Below are positions 1 to 8,687 of a stretch of 64,000 nucleotides of DNA, one piece after another. This stretch comes from a virus. Where the stretch lies: positions 32,001-96,000 of the IMG/VR virus record IMGVR_UViG_3300044623_000784. One strand, 5' to 3'. Position 1 is the first letter of the stretch. Each line of letters starts with the position of its first letter. Position numbers and translations under genes: made by a program. Below the pieces are notes generated by a model. That model had not been told where the DNA came from, made no database searches, and worked only from the letters and a program-made list of their open reading frames with translations.

Positions 1-1887
1 AAGGTCTTCTGCAACTTCTACTTTTGCTTCTTGCGTCAATGCTTTAAGGGTTTGACTTACTGCTGTGACTTGTTCAGCAGAAAGTGTAACTAACTTATTA
101 TCCTTGCTTGTAAGGTTAGCAATAACTCCAGATAAATCTTCTGCTGTTCCTGTACCCTTTTCAGGAATAAGTTCTGCTAAAACCTCATCTTTAACTTCTA
201 CATCTGGCTCAGTCCATGGGTTTTCTTCAGGCTCAGGATCTGGTCCTGGTTCTGGTGAAGGTTCAGGAGTAGGCTCTTCTGTGGGTTCCTCAGTAGGCTC
301 TGTAGTTGGTTCTGTAGTTGGTTCTGGATCTGGTGTAGGTTCTATTGTAGGTTCAGGAGTTGGCTCCTCTGTAGGCTCCTCCGTAGGTTCCTCTGTAGGC
401 TTTGGGGATGGCTTTGGCGTAGGAGTAGGCTTTGTTTCCTCTGTAGGCTTTGGAGTTGGAGTTGGAGTTGGCTCTTCTGTTGGTTCAGGGCTTGGTTCCT
501 CTGTAGGTTCTTCTGTAGGTTCTTCTGTAGGTTCTTCTGTAGGCTTAGGACTTGGTTCAGGGCTTGTTTCTGGAGTTGGTTCTGGAGTAGGCTGATTGGC
601 TGCAGCGTTGGCTGCTGCTTGAGCAATGGCAGACTGAATTTCTCTTTGTAGTTGCTCATCATAGTAACGCCATGCGTCATCAATAGCATTATTTAAATCA
701 ATTATTGACTGATTGTATATTTCTATTTTGCTATTCTTTAACTCTAAAGCATCTTCTGTATCTGCAACGGCATCAAGATGTTCCTGTGTCTTAGTTTGCA
801 AAACCTGATTCATTGATGACAGTGTTGCATTCTCAGAGTTGTATACGCTTAGTTTGTCATTGTATACTGCCAACTTATTGTTATAGTTTGTTTGTGCTAT
901 ATCCTTTGCTGCAACAGCATCATTGTAAGCATCTGTCTGTGCTTGGGTTGGTCCTGATCCAGAGGAAAATGTATTAAGATTACAACTAAAGTTTTGTCCC
1001 CACACTCTTGGATCTCCAGCATAGTCGCAGCCTGCTCCAGTCCATCCTCCAGGAATTGCCCATCCAAGATGATAAGATCCTGGTCCTCCACCGTTATACC
1101 ACCAAATCTCTACACTCAATGTTTTATCTTCGCTAACATCATATACTGGTGAATAATCGCTCCAAGTAGTTCCTTGCTCTATCCATTGATCTATTGCAAG
1201 ATTTCCGTCTACATACATTCTAAATCCATCATCTGTATATCCTGCAAAATATGTTGATGTGAACCAGGACGGTACTGTTATTTGACCAGTAAATTTAACT
1301 ATAAAGTTTTCGTATCTGTTACCACAAACTGGTAGTTGCATGTGGCTTGAGTTCCAAGTACCAGAACAAAGAACAGATCCTGGGGTAGCAACATTACCCT
1401 GTCTAACAAGAGTATAAACAGTGTATGCCAAACCTGTTCCTCCAGCACTCTGCATACTTGATTGAGTAGTTTGAACATTAATATTGGCTATGCTGAGAGC
1501 ATCCTGTGCATCGTTTCTTTCTTCAAGAGCATTGTCTTTATGTTCAAGGGCTAAGGCTACTGTGGCTGTCTGCCCATCCACATTTGACTGAGCAAGGTTC
1601 TTTGATTCTAAGGCTGTGGCTTCTGCTTCTACTGCATCTTCGTGGGCATCATAGGCATCATCTTTAAGTTCCTTCGCATTTGTGGCTGAGGCAAACTTAT
1701 TTTCTGCTATCTCTATAAGATCTATAAAGTTATCCTGATAGCCAAGGTCATCTACGCTATCGTTAAGTTCCTGTATTTCTTGGGCTGCTACTGTGAGTGG
1801 ATCATCAGAGTGGGCTTCCTGGGGGGCTATAAGTAGCCAGCCAAAGGCTAAGACTGTGGCCGTTACTATTCTTAGTAGTCGTTTAAT
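1..1887 (-). CDS. Secreted PA14-domain protein with coiled-coil segments and a Pro/Thr/Glu-rich stalk (3' end runs off the window)
   Basis: Absent from the ORF track; translated by hand. Open from ATT at 1887: IKRLLRIVTATVLAFGWLLIAPQEAHSDD (signal peptide, AHS site); PA14-like FIVKFTGQITVP..GYTDDGFRMYVDG..EIWWYNGGGPG at about 1050-1435; PTEEP repeats at about 220-590. Confidence 0.8.
   Translation of the reverse strand, partial: MKRLLRIVTATVLAFGWLLIAPQEAHSDDPLTVAAQEIQELNDSVDDLGYQDNFIDLIEIAENKFASATNAKELKDDAYDAHEDAVEAEATALESKNLAQSNVDGQTATVALALEHKDNALEERNDAQDALSIANINVQTTQSSMQSAGGTGLAYTVYTLVRQGNVATPGSVLCSGTWNSSHMQLPVCGNRYENFIVKFTGQITVPSWFTSTYFAGYTDDGFRMYVDGNLAIDQWIEQGTTWSDYSPVYDVSEDKTLSVEIWWYNGGGPGSYHLGWAIPGGWTGAGCDYAGDPRVWGQNFSCNLNTFSSGSGPTQAQTDAYNDAVAAKDIAQTNYNNKLAVYNDKLSVYNSENATLSSMNQVLQTKTQEHLDAVADTEDALELKNSKIEIYNQSIIDLNNAIDDAWRYYDEQLQREIQSAIAQAAANAAANQPTPEPTPETSPEPSPKPTEEPTEEPTEEPTEEPSPEPTEEPTPTPTPKPTEETKPTPTPKPSPKPTEEPTEEPTEEPTPEPTIEPTPDPEPTTEPTTEPTEEPTEEPTPEPSPEPGPDPEPEENPWTEPDVEVKDEVLAELIPEKGTGTAEDLSGVIANLTSKDNKLVTLSAEQVTAVSQTLKALTQEAKVEVAEDL
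217..592 (-). repeat. Coding tandem repeat (PTEE/PTPE/PSPK)n
   Basis: Plus strand shows repeated TTCTTCTGTAGG / TTCCTCTGTAGG 12-mers; minus frame reads PTEEPTEEPTEEPSPEP... Confidence 0.85.
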
Positions 1888-1925
1888 TACCTTTCCCCCT
1901 TGCAGACGACATGTCTGATAGGATG

Positions 1926-1934
1926 ATTATACCA
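1926..1934 (-). promoter_or_regulatory. Extended -10 promoter TGGTATAAT
   Basis: Exact TGnTATAAT match in the intergenic gap upstream of the PA14 gene. Confidence 0.7.
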
Positions 1935-1944
1935 TTTTATTGCA

Positions 1945-1978
1945 CAAAAAAGGGGCTACCGTAATTGGTAACCCCTTT
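1945..1978 (-). terminator. Intrinsic terminator
   Basis: Minus strand AAAGGGGTTACC-AATTAC-GGTAGCCCCTTTTTT, just after the stop of 1992..3398. Confidence 0.8.
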
Positions 1979-1991
1979 AATGTTGGACGAA

Positions 1992-3398
1992 TTACTTTAG
2001 CAAAGCAACCTTTGCCTTTGGATTCTTCTTGTTCCATTGAAGAGCCAACTTGTTGAATGCAGTCTTTACAGACTTAAGTGCAGCAGCGTTATCTGCTGTC
2101 AACTTAGCAATCTGTGCATCCTTAGCAAGAAGAGCAGCATCTGATGCAGTCTTTGCATCTGCAAGTGACTTTGCACCCGCTACCTTCTCTGCTGCTACAG
2201 CATCTGCAACTGCCTTATCTGAAGCAGCCTTTGCATCTGCAAGTGCCTTATCTGATGTAGCCTTTAGATCAGCAAGTGCCTTGGCATGTGTAGCCTTTAG
2301 TTCTGCAAGTTCTGCAGTAAGTGTTGCAAGTGAAGCATTCGCTGCTTCCAAGTCCAACTTGAACTGTGCAATAATCTTATCTGCAGCAACGCCTGCATCT
2401 GCAAGTGCCTTTAGAGCGCTTGCTTCTGCCTTCTTTGCATCAGTTGCTTCTGCTGTTGCCTTTACTAGGTCAGCATTGGCCTTTGCTAGGCTTTCTGCAA
2501 GTGCAGACTTTGCCTTAATCTCTGCCTCTAGTTGAGCCTTTGTTGAAGCGTGTGCTGCTCTTTCAGAAGCAAGTGCTGCTCTTTCAGCAGAAAGTTCTGA
2601 TACTAGATCACGAACTGCGATCTCTGCAAAAGGTGCAAGTGCACGAGCAGGTAGACCAATTACATCTGCAGTTGTTGCATCTGAAGCAGTTGTTGGAGCA
2701 AATGTAATAAGTGAACGAGTTCCAGTTGCTGGGAGTGTTGCACTAAACTTTGCAACTCCAAAATCTGAAAGTGTAGCACCAGTTGTTACTGTTGCTGTGT
2801 CCATAACTGCTGTTGAAGCAAATACGGTTGCTGTAATTGACTTACCAGATACCTTGTTACCAAATGTATCTGTAGCAGTTACTGTAATCTCTTGCTTAGT
2901 TCCTGCTGCGCCTGTTGTAGGTGCTGAAACTGTTAGGTTGTTAATCTTTCCAGCAGTACCCTGTACATAGTATGTAAGAGTTGTTCCACCGTTGTTGATT
3001 ACAACTGTACCAATTGCTGTTGTCTTTGTGTAGACAAAAAATGTTGCAGTTGTTCCAGTACCTGTTGCAATTGTCAAAGATGATGATCCTGACGATGCTC
3101 CGACTGGTGCTGCTGATGTGTGTAGTGCTGATACGATTGTTGCGTTAGTTGCTGATGCAGTAACTGATGTTCCTGCTGCTACTGTTGCTACAAAACGCAA
3201 TGCATCTGCTGCATCGATTGTGTTATCTGCTGGGACTGGTAATGTAGCAGGTGTTGCGATTACACCGTTAGTAGTGTTTGCTACTGAGTCTAGTGTTACT
3301 GCGACTGTCATTACTGTAGCATTTGCAGGTGCTACTGCGACCATGCCCAAAGTCATGGCTGCAACCACGGCTAGTGCGATTTTCTTAAATGAATTCAT
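1992..3398 (-). CDS. Secreted Ala/Thr-rich surface (S-layer-like) protein with C-terminal coiled coil
   Basis: Signal peptide MNSFKKIALAVVAAMTLGMVAVAPANA; Ig-like motif ITVTATDTFGNKVSG; about 190-aa Ala/Lys coiled coil; basic tail QWNKKNPKAKVALLK. Confidence 0.6.
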   Translation of the reverse strand: MNSFKKIALAVVAAMTLGMVAVAPANATVMTVAVTLDSVANTTNGVIATPATLPVPADNTIDAADALRFVATVAAGTSVTASATNATIVSALHTSAAPVGASSGSSSLTIATGTGTTATFFVYTKTTAIGTVVINNGGTTLTYYVQGTAGKINNLTVSAPTTGAAGTKQEITVTATDTFGNKVSGKSITATVFASTAVMDTATVTTGATLSDFGVAKFSATLPATGTRSLITFAPTTASDATTADVIGLPARALAPFAEIAVRDLVSELSAERAALASERAAHASTKAQLEAEIKAKSALAESLAKANADLVKATAEATDAKKAEASALKALADAGVAADKIIAQFKLDLEAANASLATLTAELAELKATHAKALADLKATSDKALADAKAASDKAVADAVAAEKVAGAKSLADAKTASDAALLAKDAQIAKLTADNAAALKSVKTAFNKLALQWNKKNPKAKVALLK

Positions 3399-3413
3399 TT
3401 TATTCCTTTTCTG

Positions 3414-5210
3414 TTATAGTGTTTTTAGTCCATCCAAATAGTCTTGGATATCTGCTATTTGGCTAGGTTTATATTGTATCACATTTCGACTTTCTAAGTC
3501 AAATTGCTCTTCTGGAGTTTTTGGTCTATCCTTAAAAGTATGAACCTCTACTTCAGTGTCTATATTTTTTGGGGTATGTGATATTGCCCCAAATATTGCT
3601 CCACACACAGCATCAGCCAAGTCCTTTGACTTTTTGCGTGGGTGGTCAACTCTATCATTTTTCATAATCTTTAACTGTGTTAGTTCATCAAACAATAAAT
3701 CTATTGCAGGCATGGCAAGTCTTTCCTCATATACAAGCATAGCCATGTCCTCGTAGTGCTTCTTGGCAACAGAAACAGTATCAGTCTTCATTCCAACCTG
3801 CTTCAACTCATTTTGAATATCAAATGACTGCCAACGGTCAAAGGAAACCATTCCAATATCAAACCCAAGCCTTCTAAGGTTTTGGATCCACTGTTTTACT
3901 TCAGATAAATTAACTGGGCCTTCAACCTTTGGCTCCCACCATGCTACTGCATCTACTACTACGATAGGGGCTACCTGTTCATAATTATTAATTACTTGAA
4001 TGTTTACCCATTTTTCTACATGTGCAATTGCTACCGCACACTTATCGTGCTTCTGTGCAAGGTCAGCGTGTACATAATATTTTTTTGTTGGATCTGGTTT
4101 AAATGAATCGTCAAACCTTCTAAAGTTATCTACAGGGTTTCTTAATGTCATACAGGCTCTTACCTTGTCTGCCTGCTTAAAGAATGCATCAGAAGCAAAG
4201 GTTGGTACACATGCAAAGCGCATCATAGCATCTCCAAGGTCTGTCATGAATGCAATCATAAAGTCATCGATCTTGCGTGTAGGGTTTACTTCCCATGTAG
4301 GTCTCTTTAATGCGAATACTCCTGGATATTTGTATGAAATGATTTGATCTTCGTCCCACGAAATTTCAAAGTTGTTATCTGGACTATCTTCTGGTAGTAG
4401 TGGATTAATTGTAAACTTGTGACTTCTTTCTACAACTTCTTTCTCAGCAACAACATCATCATACTTTTCTGAAATAAAGTCACCTGGATAACGGGGGAAT
4501 GATAAAAGAACTACCTTGCCAAGATCTGGGAAGCGAGAGTCTACTGATCCACGGAAAGCCTTGTAGATATTATCAGCAGTCTTTCCTTGTTCATTGCCTG
4601 TTCCGACCTCAGATGCAAAACCAGAAATCTCATCAAGAACTGCAAGAAGAAGGTTCAAACCCTCATGGGATTCACGCTCTGAGTGACCAGAATAAACAGT
4701 GATTGCCTTATCAAACTCGATAGAGTCAGCCTTAGCATAATACTTTCCTGCAAACCATGGAGATCTTTCAATCTTTGACTTAAAACCTTTAAAGAAAACA
4801 TTCTTTGCTTGTTGAGCGTTAATAGCAACGTTAATCAAATCAATAGCATCTCCAGAGGGCTTACCAAAATACTTTGCTGGATCTTTAAGGCATAGAAGTT
4901 TGTATACAATGTATGAGCATGCTACGGTTGATGTGAAGTCTTTTCCAGATCCCTTGCCAAGTTGAAGAATGATTTCATTTTTTGTATACTTGTTGTAGTA
5001 CTGAGTTCCTTTTTCTTCCCCCAGCAAATTTATAAGATCTTCTTTTCGATAGATCTGACTCATGGCTTCTACGATGTCGTACTGAATATCAGACAGGGGT
5101 GGCTGTCCAAGGTATGCTTCACCTTCAACAAAAGTTCTTGCATCTACTGGAGTTTCTTCAAAGTGATCATCTTGAAGTGCTTCAAGAAACTCATTGAACA
5201 TCGTGGACAA
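3414..5210 (-). CDS. terL: Terminase large subunit
   Basis: Walker A LGKGSGKD, Walker B LAVLDE, RNase H-like nuclease residues HADLA..DKCA and KDLADA. Start is TTG 5210 (SD GAGGTGA) or ATG 5201. Confidence 0.9.
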   Translation of the reverse strand: MSTMFNEFLEALQDDHFEETPVDARTFVEGEAYLGQPPLSDIQYDIVEAMSQIYRKEDLINLLGEEKGTQYYNKYTKNEIILQLGKGSGKDFTSTVACSYIVYKLLCLKDPAKYFGKPSGDAIDLINVAINAQQAKNVFFKGFKSKIERSPWFAGKYYAKADSIEFDKAITVYSGHSERESHEGLNLLLAVLDEISGFASEVGTGNEQGKTADNIYKAFRGSVDSRFPDLGKVVLLSFPRYPGDFISEKYDDVVAEKEVVERSHKFTINPLLPEDSPDNNFEISWDEDQIISYKYPGVFALKRPTWEVNPTRKIDDFMIAFMTDLGDAMMRFACVPTFASDAFFKQADKVRACMTLRNPVDNFRRFDDSFKPDPTKKYYVHADLAQKHDKCAVAIAHVEKWVNIQVINNYEQVAPIVVVDAVAWWEPKVEGPVNLSEVKQWIQNLRRLGFDIGMVSFDRWQSFDIQNELKQVGMKTDTVSVAKKHYEDMAMLVYEERLAMPAIDLLFDELTQLKIMKNDRVDHPRKKSKDLADAVCGAIFGAISHTPKNIDTEVEVHTFKDRPKTPEEQFDLESRNVIQYKPSQIADIQDYLDGLKTL

Positions 5211-5727
5211 CTGTAATCACCTCGTTGTCTTTTGCAAATGAAGAAAGCCTACGCATAATCTCATCACGAACCTGTGGATATTCTGAGGCAATATCTTTTA
5301 AAATAAGAACAAGAATCTCTTGACGCTTTTCAATTTCCATCATCTCTTCAGCAAGTTCTTTGTTCTCAAGCAATCCAGCCTTCTGAAGCATGTCAATACG
5401 CTTTGACTCAATATCCATTACAAGTTTAATGGCTGCAGTCTTTGCACTGAGATTGTTAGTCATAGATGCCTCATCAATAACTTCATATGTGCGAGATACC
5501 AACTTGCTGTAGTGAGTGTCTGCTGCTGCCAGTGCCTCTTTAGCACGAGCACGAATAGCGTCGTTGGCTGAGGCCATGACCTTCCACTCATTAATAAGTG
5601 TTACTACTCTTTGTCTTGGTATAGCAAGTTGTTTTGAGATTACTGTTGGATCATTACCCTTTAGGTATTCTTCCACTACCAAGTTGACTTGGTCAAGATG
5701 CTTAACTAGATCGTCTTCAGTTGACAT
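5191..5727 (-). CDS. Putative terminase small subunit (N-terminal HTH, helical)
   Basis: Overlaps the terL start; HTH-like PTVISKQLAIPRQRVVTLI; likely start MSTEDD at 5727. Confidence 0.55.
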   Translation of the reverse strand: MSTEDDLVKHLDQVNLVVEEYLKGNDPTVISKQLAIPRQRVVTLINEWKVMASANDAIRARAKEALAAADTHYSKLVSRTYEVIDEASMTNNLSAKTAAIKLVMDIESKRIDMLQKAGLLENKELAEEMMEIEKRQEILVLILKDIASEYPQVRDEIMRRLSSFAKDNEVITVVHDVQ

Positions 5728-5959
5728 ACTTGCCTTCCAGCCTGTTGATCTCATCTTTAATATAGAAAATTGCCTTCTCTAAATCTTGTATGGTCTTTGC
5801 TTCATCCTTAAGTCCTGCTCTCCAAAGATACTTGAAAGCATTACCAATATTAAAATTACGATGACGAGTTATCTCAATGCACTCAATGCCAGATGGATCT
5901 GATGTGTAGTGCAGTGGATTATTTACTTGGTCAACGGTTATGTTTAGATTATCACTCAT
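5717..5959 (-). CDS. DUF3310-family phage protein
   Basis: DQVNNPLHY..GIECIE..FNIGNAFKYLWRAGLK..QDLEKAIFYI signature; likely start MSDNLN at 5959. Confidence 0.8.
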   Translation of the reverse strand: MSDNLNITVDQVNNPLHYTSDPSGIECIEITRHRNFNIGNAFKYLWRAGLKDEAKTIQDLEKAIFYIKDEINRLEGKYVN

Positions 5960-6086
5960 AAGATTCCTCTTCATCAGATTCCCAATCAAATGTTTCTGGA
6001 ATACCTTTTAACGCAGCAAACGCAAACGCAAAACCAACGCTACCTGCAACGGCAAGTGCTATCAATGCTTTTTCAAATTTATTCAT
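5952..6086 (-). CDS. Small membrane protein (44 aa)
   Basis: Hand translation MNKFEKALIALAVAGSVGFAFAFAALKGIPETFDWESDEEESYE; fills the gap with overlapping start/stop junctions. Confidence 0.6.
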   Translation of the reverse strand: MNKFEKALIALAVAGSVGFAFAFAALKGIPETFDWESDEEESYE

Positions 6087-6238
6087 CGTTTTGATTTCCT
6101 TAGTCCAAACTTAGCAAGATAAACATAGATAGTCTCTAATGAACATCCACATTCCTTTGCAATTTCTTCTGGTGTTTTTTTATCCATAAGGTACCTCTTA
6201 CGCATAAAGGTTTCACTTGTATATAGTTTAGCAGCCAT
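6083..6238 (-). CDS. Small HTH DNA-binding protein (51 aa)
   Basis: Hand translation MAAKLYTSETFMRKRYLMDKKTPEEIAKECGCSLETIYVYLAKFGLRKSKR; ATGA overlap with the next gene. Confidence 0.7.
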   Translation of the reverse strand: MAAKLYTSETFMRKRYLMDKKTPEEIAKECGCSLETIYVYLAKFGLRKSKR

Positions 6239-6242
6239 GATA

Positions 6243-6833
6243 CTAGTTGTCAACTCCAATTGCTTTTCCCCAATTCTTTAGTGCCCAGTGACCGATACCA
6301 CAAGCGTCTGCGACATCGTTATCTGTAATTGTCCTATCATAAATTGTATTAATAAACTTTATAGTTCTTTCTTTTCTAAGCATACGCTCATGCGCTTTAT
6401 AGTAAGACTCAGACTTTCCAGGTATTTGTGAACGAATAAACAACTGTTCATCCTTAGATATTTTTTTATTACCTATAAAATTTTGCCAAGTAATAGGAGA
6501 AACTTTTCCTATAACTTTTGTCCCAGTCTGTCCTGCTGATCCAAGTATTGCTCCCTGAACCAAAGCAAGATCTGCTGCAGTCTTTGGGCTATTCATAAAT
6601 ACAGTATGCTCAATTACAATTGCTTCAAAACCACCGTAAATATCAAAGAATGCTTTTACTTTTTTACCAGCATCCATAACCTTTTCGTATACATTATTTC
6701 CTTCAAAATATATTTTCCCTACAGACTCAAGATCATCGCCAGAAAATAATGCAAAGGCAAGGCTGTTTGTGCTGGCATCAATAGCACAAATTTTATCTGG
6801 CTTTACTTCTAGACCCCACTTATTTTTTACCAT
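6243..6833 (-). CDS. RuvC-like Holliday junction resolvase
   Basis: ICAIDASTNSLAFA, IVIEH and DNDVADACGIG catalytic motifs. Confidence 0.8.
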   Translation of the reverse strand: MVKNKWGLEVKPDKICAIDASTNSLAFALFSGDDLESVGKIYFEGNNVYEKVMDAGKKVKAFFDIYGGFEAIVIEHTVFMNSPKTAADLALVQGAILGSAGQTGTKVIGKVSPITWQNFIGNKKISKDEQLFIRSQIPGKSESYYKAHERMLRKERTIKFINTIYDRTITDNDVADACGIGHWALKNWGKAIGVDN

Positions 6834-7104
6834 TTATTTTTCCTTTTATTTCTTTTATTGCTTTAATGACTGCATCAGGATTTACGCTGCAAGATGAGCA
6901 AACTGGATCATCATTGTATATAGAAAGTGGTGTTGAACAGGACTTGCAAAGTCTTGTCTTGCCTTTTCTTTTTTGTCTTTTAGATTGAAGATACCTTGCT
7001 GCAATCTTTTCTTTTGTTGCGATGTCTCTACAGTTTGGAGAACAGTATATTTGATAAGATACTGTTGGCTCAAAGTTGTTGTCGCAGCATTTACAATTGT
7101 TCAC
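6820..7104 (-). CDS. Cys-rich zinc-finger protein
   Basis: CKCC, YCSPNC, CKSC and CSSC pairs. Confidence 0.6.
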   Translation of the reverse strand: MNNCKCCDNNFEPTVSYQIYCSPNCRDIATKEKIAARYLQSKRQKRKGKTRLCKSCSTPLSIYNDDPVCSSCSVNPDAVIKAIKEIKGKINGKK

Positions 7105-7906
7105 CGAGAATCTCCAAGGGTGCTATTTTTAACACGCCTGGACCTGCAGACTCACATGCTTTTTTAATTGGGCATGACTTGCATATCTTGGAGTTTGATC
7201 TATAGTTTTTGTTTGGCAGGGTTCTGTCTTCCCATGTCTTTCGAACTAGTCTCATCCAATCAAATGCCTGGTCTACCCACCGACGGTAATGATCGTTTAC
7301 ATCTACAGGTATCAAAAGAAGTTCATGATTATTTTTATTTTCATAAATCATGACACCTGTTGGTTTCTTTAAGATTTTCATATAGATAAGTAGTTGCATC
7401 AAGTGACCAGTCTTGGCCTTTCCAGATGCCTTTCTATATTCAAACCCTTCGTTCATCATTGTTTTAATTTCACCAATGAGTTCTTCTCCTTGCCAATTAA
7501 ACATGACATCCCCATACCCAAAGATAGGAGGATCTTCATTTATAATCTTAAACTCTGTTGTTGCTTCATTATTTTCATCACGAAAAACCTTAACAATACC
7601 AGCATTTAGCATTGCGTTTTGAATTCTTGCATGTGATAGAGTGCCAGCAGTCATATTGGCTGCGCTATAAGCATCTGCATTATCTTCGAACATCTGCCCA
7701 TCAAAAGCAAGGTACCAGTATCTTGCACACTCTCCATGTCCGTAGGCAATGGTTGATGGTGCAAAAGTCTTCTTTGTTGTGTGCTTATCTACACGAGTAA
7801 TCGTATAGCCTTCTTTAATCTTTGCCTCAAGTCCCGCTATATCCATGCGGTGAATCGGCTTTTCTTCTGGCTTTATCATTACAGTGTGCAGTAAATTCTT
7901 CGTCAT
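7091..7906 (-). CDS. Cas4-like PD-(D/E)xK exonuclease
   Basis: N-terminal Cys (ECARY), GYGD..GEIKT, QLLIY and C-terminal CKSCPIKKAC Fe-S pattern. Confidence 0.8.
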   Translation of the reverse strand: MTKNLLHTVMIKPEEKPIHRMDIAGLEAKIKEGYTITRVDKHTTKKTFAPSTIAYGHGECARYWYLAFDGQMFEDNADAYSAANMTAGTLSHARIQNAMLNAGIVKVFRDENNEATTEFKIINEDPPIFGYGDVMFNWQGEELIGEIKTMMNEGFEYRKASGKAKTGHLMQLLIYMKILKKPTGVMIYENKNNHELLLIPVDVNDHYRRWVDQAFDWMRLVRKTWEDRTLPNKNYRSNSKICKSCPIKKACESAGPGVLKIAPLEILGEQL

Positions 7907-7929
7907 CGTTTCTCATTTCAGTTAGTATA

Positions 7930-7938
7930 AGTATAGCA
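7930..7938 (-). promoter_or_regulatory. Extended -10 promoter TGCTATACT
   Basis: In the intergenic gap upstream of the Cas4-like gene. Confidence 0.6.
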
Positions 7939-7940
7939 GA

Positions 7941-8246
7941 TTAGCGTGTAATATATTTGAGTGCAGACACTAAATTATTAAGCGACTCTGCTGCCGTATA
8001 ATAAAGGTTCTTCTTTCCACGATCCGACTTGTCAACATTAGCCATCCAGGTAGCCTTAAAAGCCATCTTTGCAGCAATTGCCTGAAGCCTTACAATCTCT
8101 ACGTGAGCAACATTGATTGGGATGTCTGGCTTTATAATTAGTTTAGCAATCATTGTTAGTGCTACCGTAAGTTCTTCGTCTTGCATATAGTCTGCGATCT
8201 CTGAAAGACCATTGACCATGTCTATTGTTGTTCCCTGCTGTTCCAT
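7941..8246 (-). CDS. Hypothetical helical protein
   Basis: 101-aa ORF, SD GGAGGA, TAATG coupling to the upstream gene. Confidence 0.7.
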   Translation of the reverse strand: MEQQGTTIDMVNGLSEIADYMQDEELTVALTMIAKLIIKPDIPINVAHVEIVRLQAIAAKMAFKATWMANVDKSDRGKKNLYYTAAESLNNLVSALKYITR

Positions 8247-8527
8247 TATTCCTCCACCATGTCTTCTAGAATACTCATCTCAATTATAGCAAGTCTGACC
8301 TTAGAGTTGCCCTCGCCTATTACGACTACTATGGCTGGGTCCTTGCCATTCTTCATGGCATCAGTAGTAGCCTTTGCCCAAACCTCTTTATTCAATGTAA
8401 AAGATTTTCCAACTTCTTTAAAGTCTACGACAAAGTTTTTCCAAGAGGCATCTCCCTTTTGGGTATTACGCCCAGAGTTCTTGTGCTGCTTGGCACCTAT
8501 TCTTTTAGACTCACTCTTCTCCGTCAA
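8246..8527 (-). CDS. Small PD-(D/E)xK nuclease (Hjc-like resolvase)
   Basis: E..NSG..KGDA..VVDFKE..W.K..P motif pattern. Confidence 0.6.
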   Translation of the reverse strand: MTEKSESKRIGAKQHKNSGRNTQKGDASWKNFVVDFKEVGKSFTLNKEVWAKATTDAMKNGKDPAIVVVIGEGNSKVRLAIIEMSILEDMVEE

Positions 8528-8687
8528 AATCCTTCTTCTTTCTTTTACCTAAATAGACTTTTGTCAAGTGCTTATCTTTGCACATCCAACTTAACATTTT
8601 TTCATCTGCATAGCATCTTAGTGTTGGAACTATAGCCTTGCATGTGTGGCAAACCCATTGACCTTGATATATAGTAAAATTAGCCAT
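8511..8687 (-). CDS. Small zinc-ribbon protein (58 aa)
   Basis: Hand translation MANFTIYQGQWVCHTCKAIVPTLRCYADEKMLSWMCKDKHLTKVYLGKRKKKDFDGEE; CxxC plus CxxxH. Confidence 0.65.
   Translation of the reverse strand: MANFTIYQGQWVCHTCKAIVPTLRCYADEKMLSWMCKDKHLTKVYLGKRKKKDFDGEE

Noticed and set aside
65-689. Plus-strand Gly/Ser/Val ORF 65..595 and minus ORF 342..689
   Set aside because: Shadows of the PTEEP repeat in the real minus-strand gene 1..1887.
7091-7906. Cas4-like gene as part of a CRISPR-Cas system
   Set aside because: No cas1/cas2, effector genes or array in the window; solo Cas4-like nucleases are common in phage replication modules.
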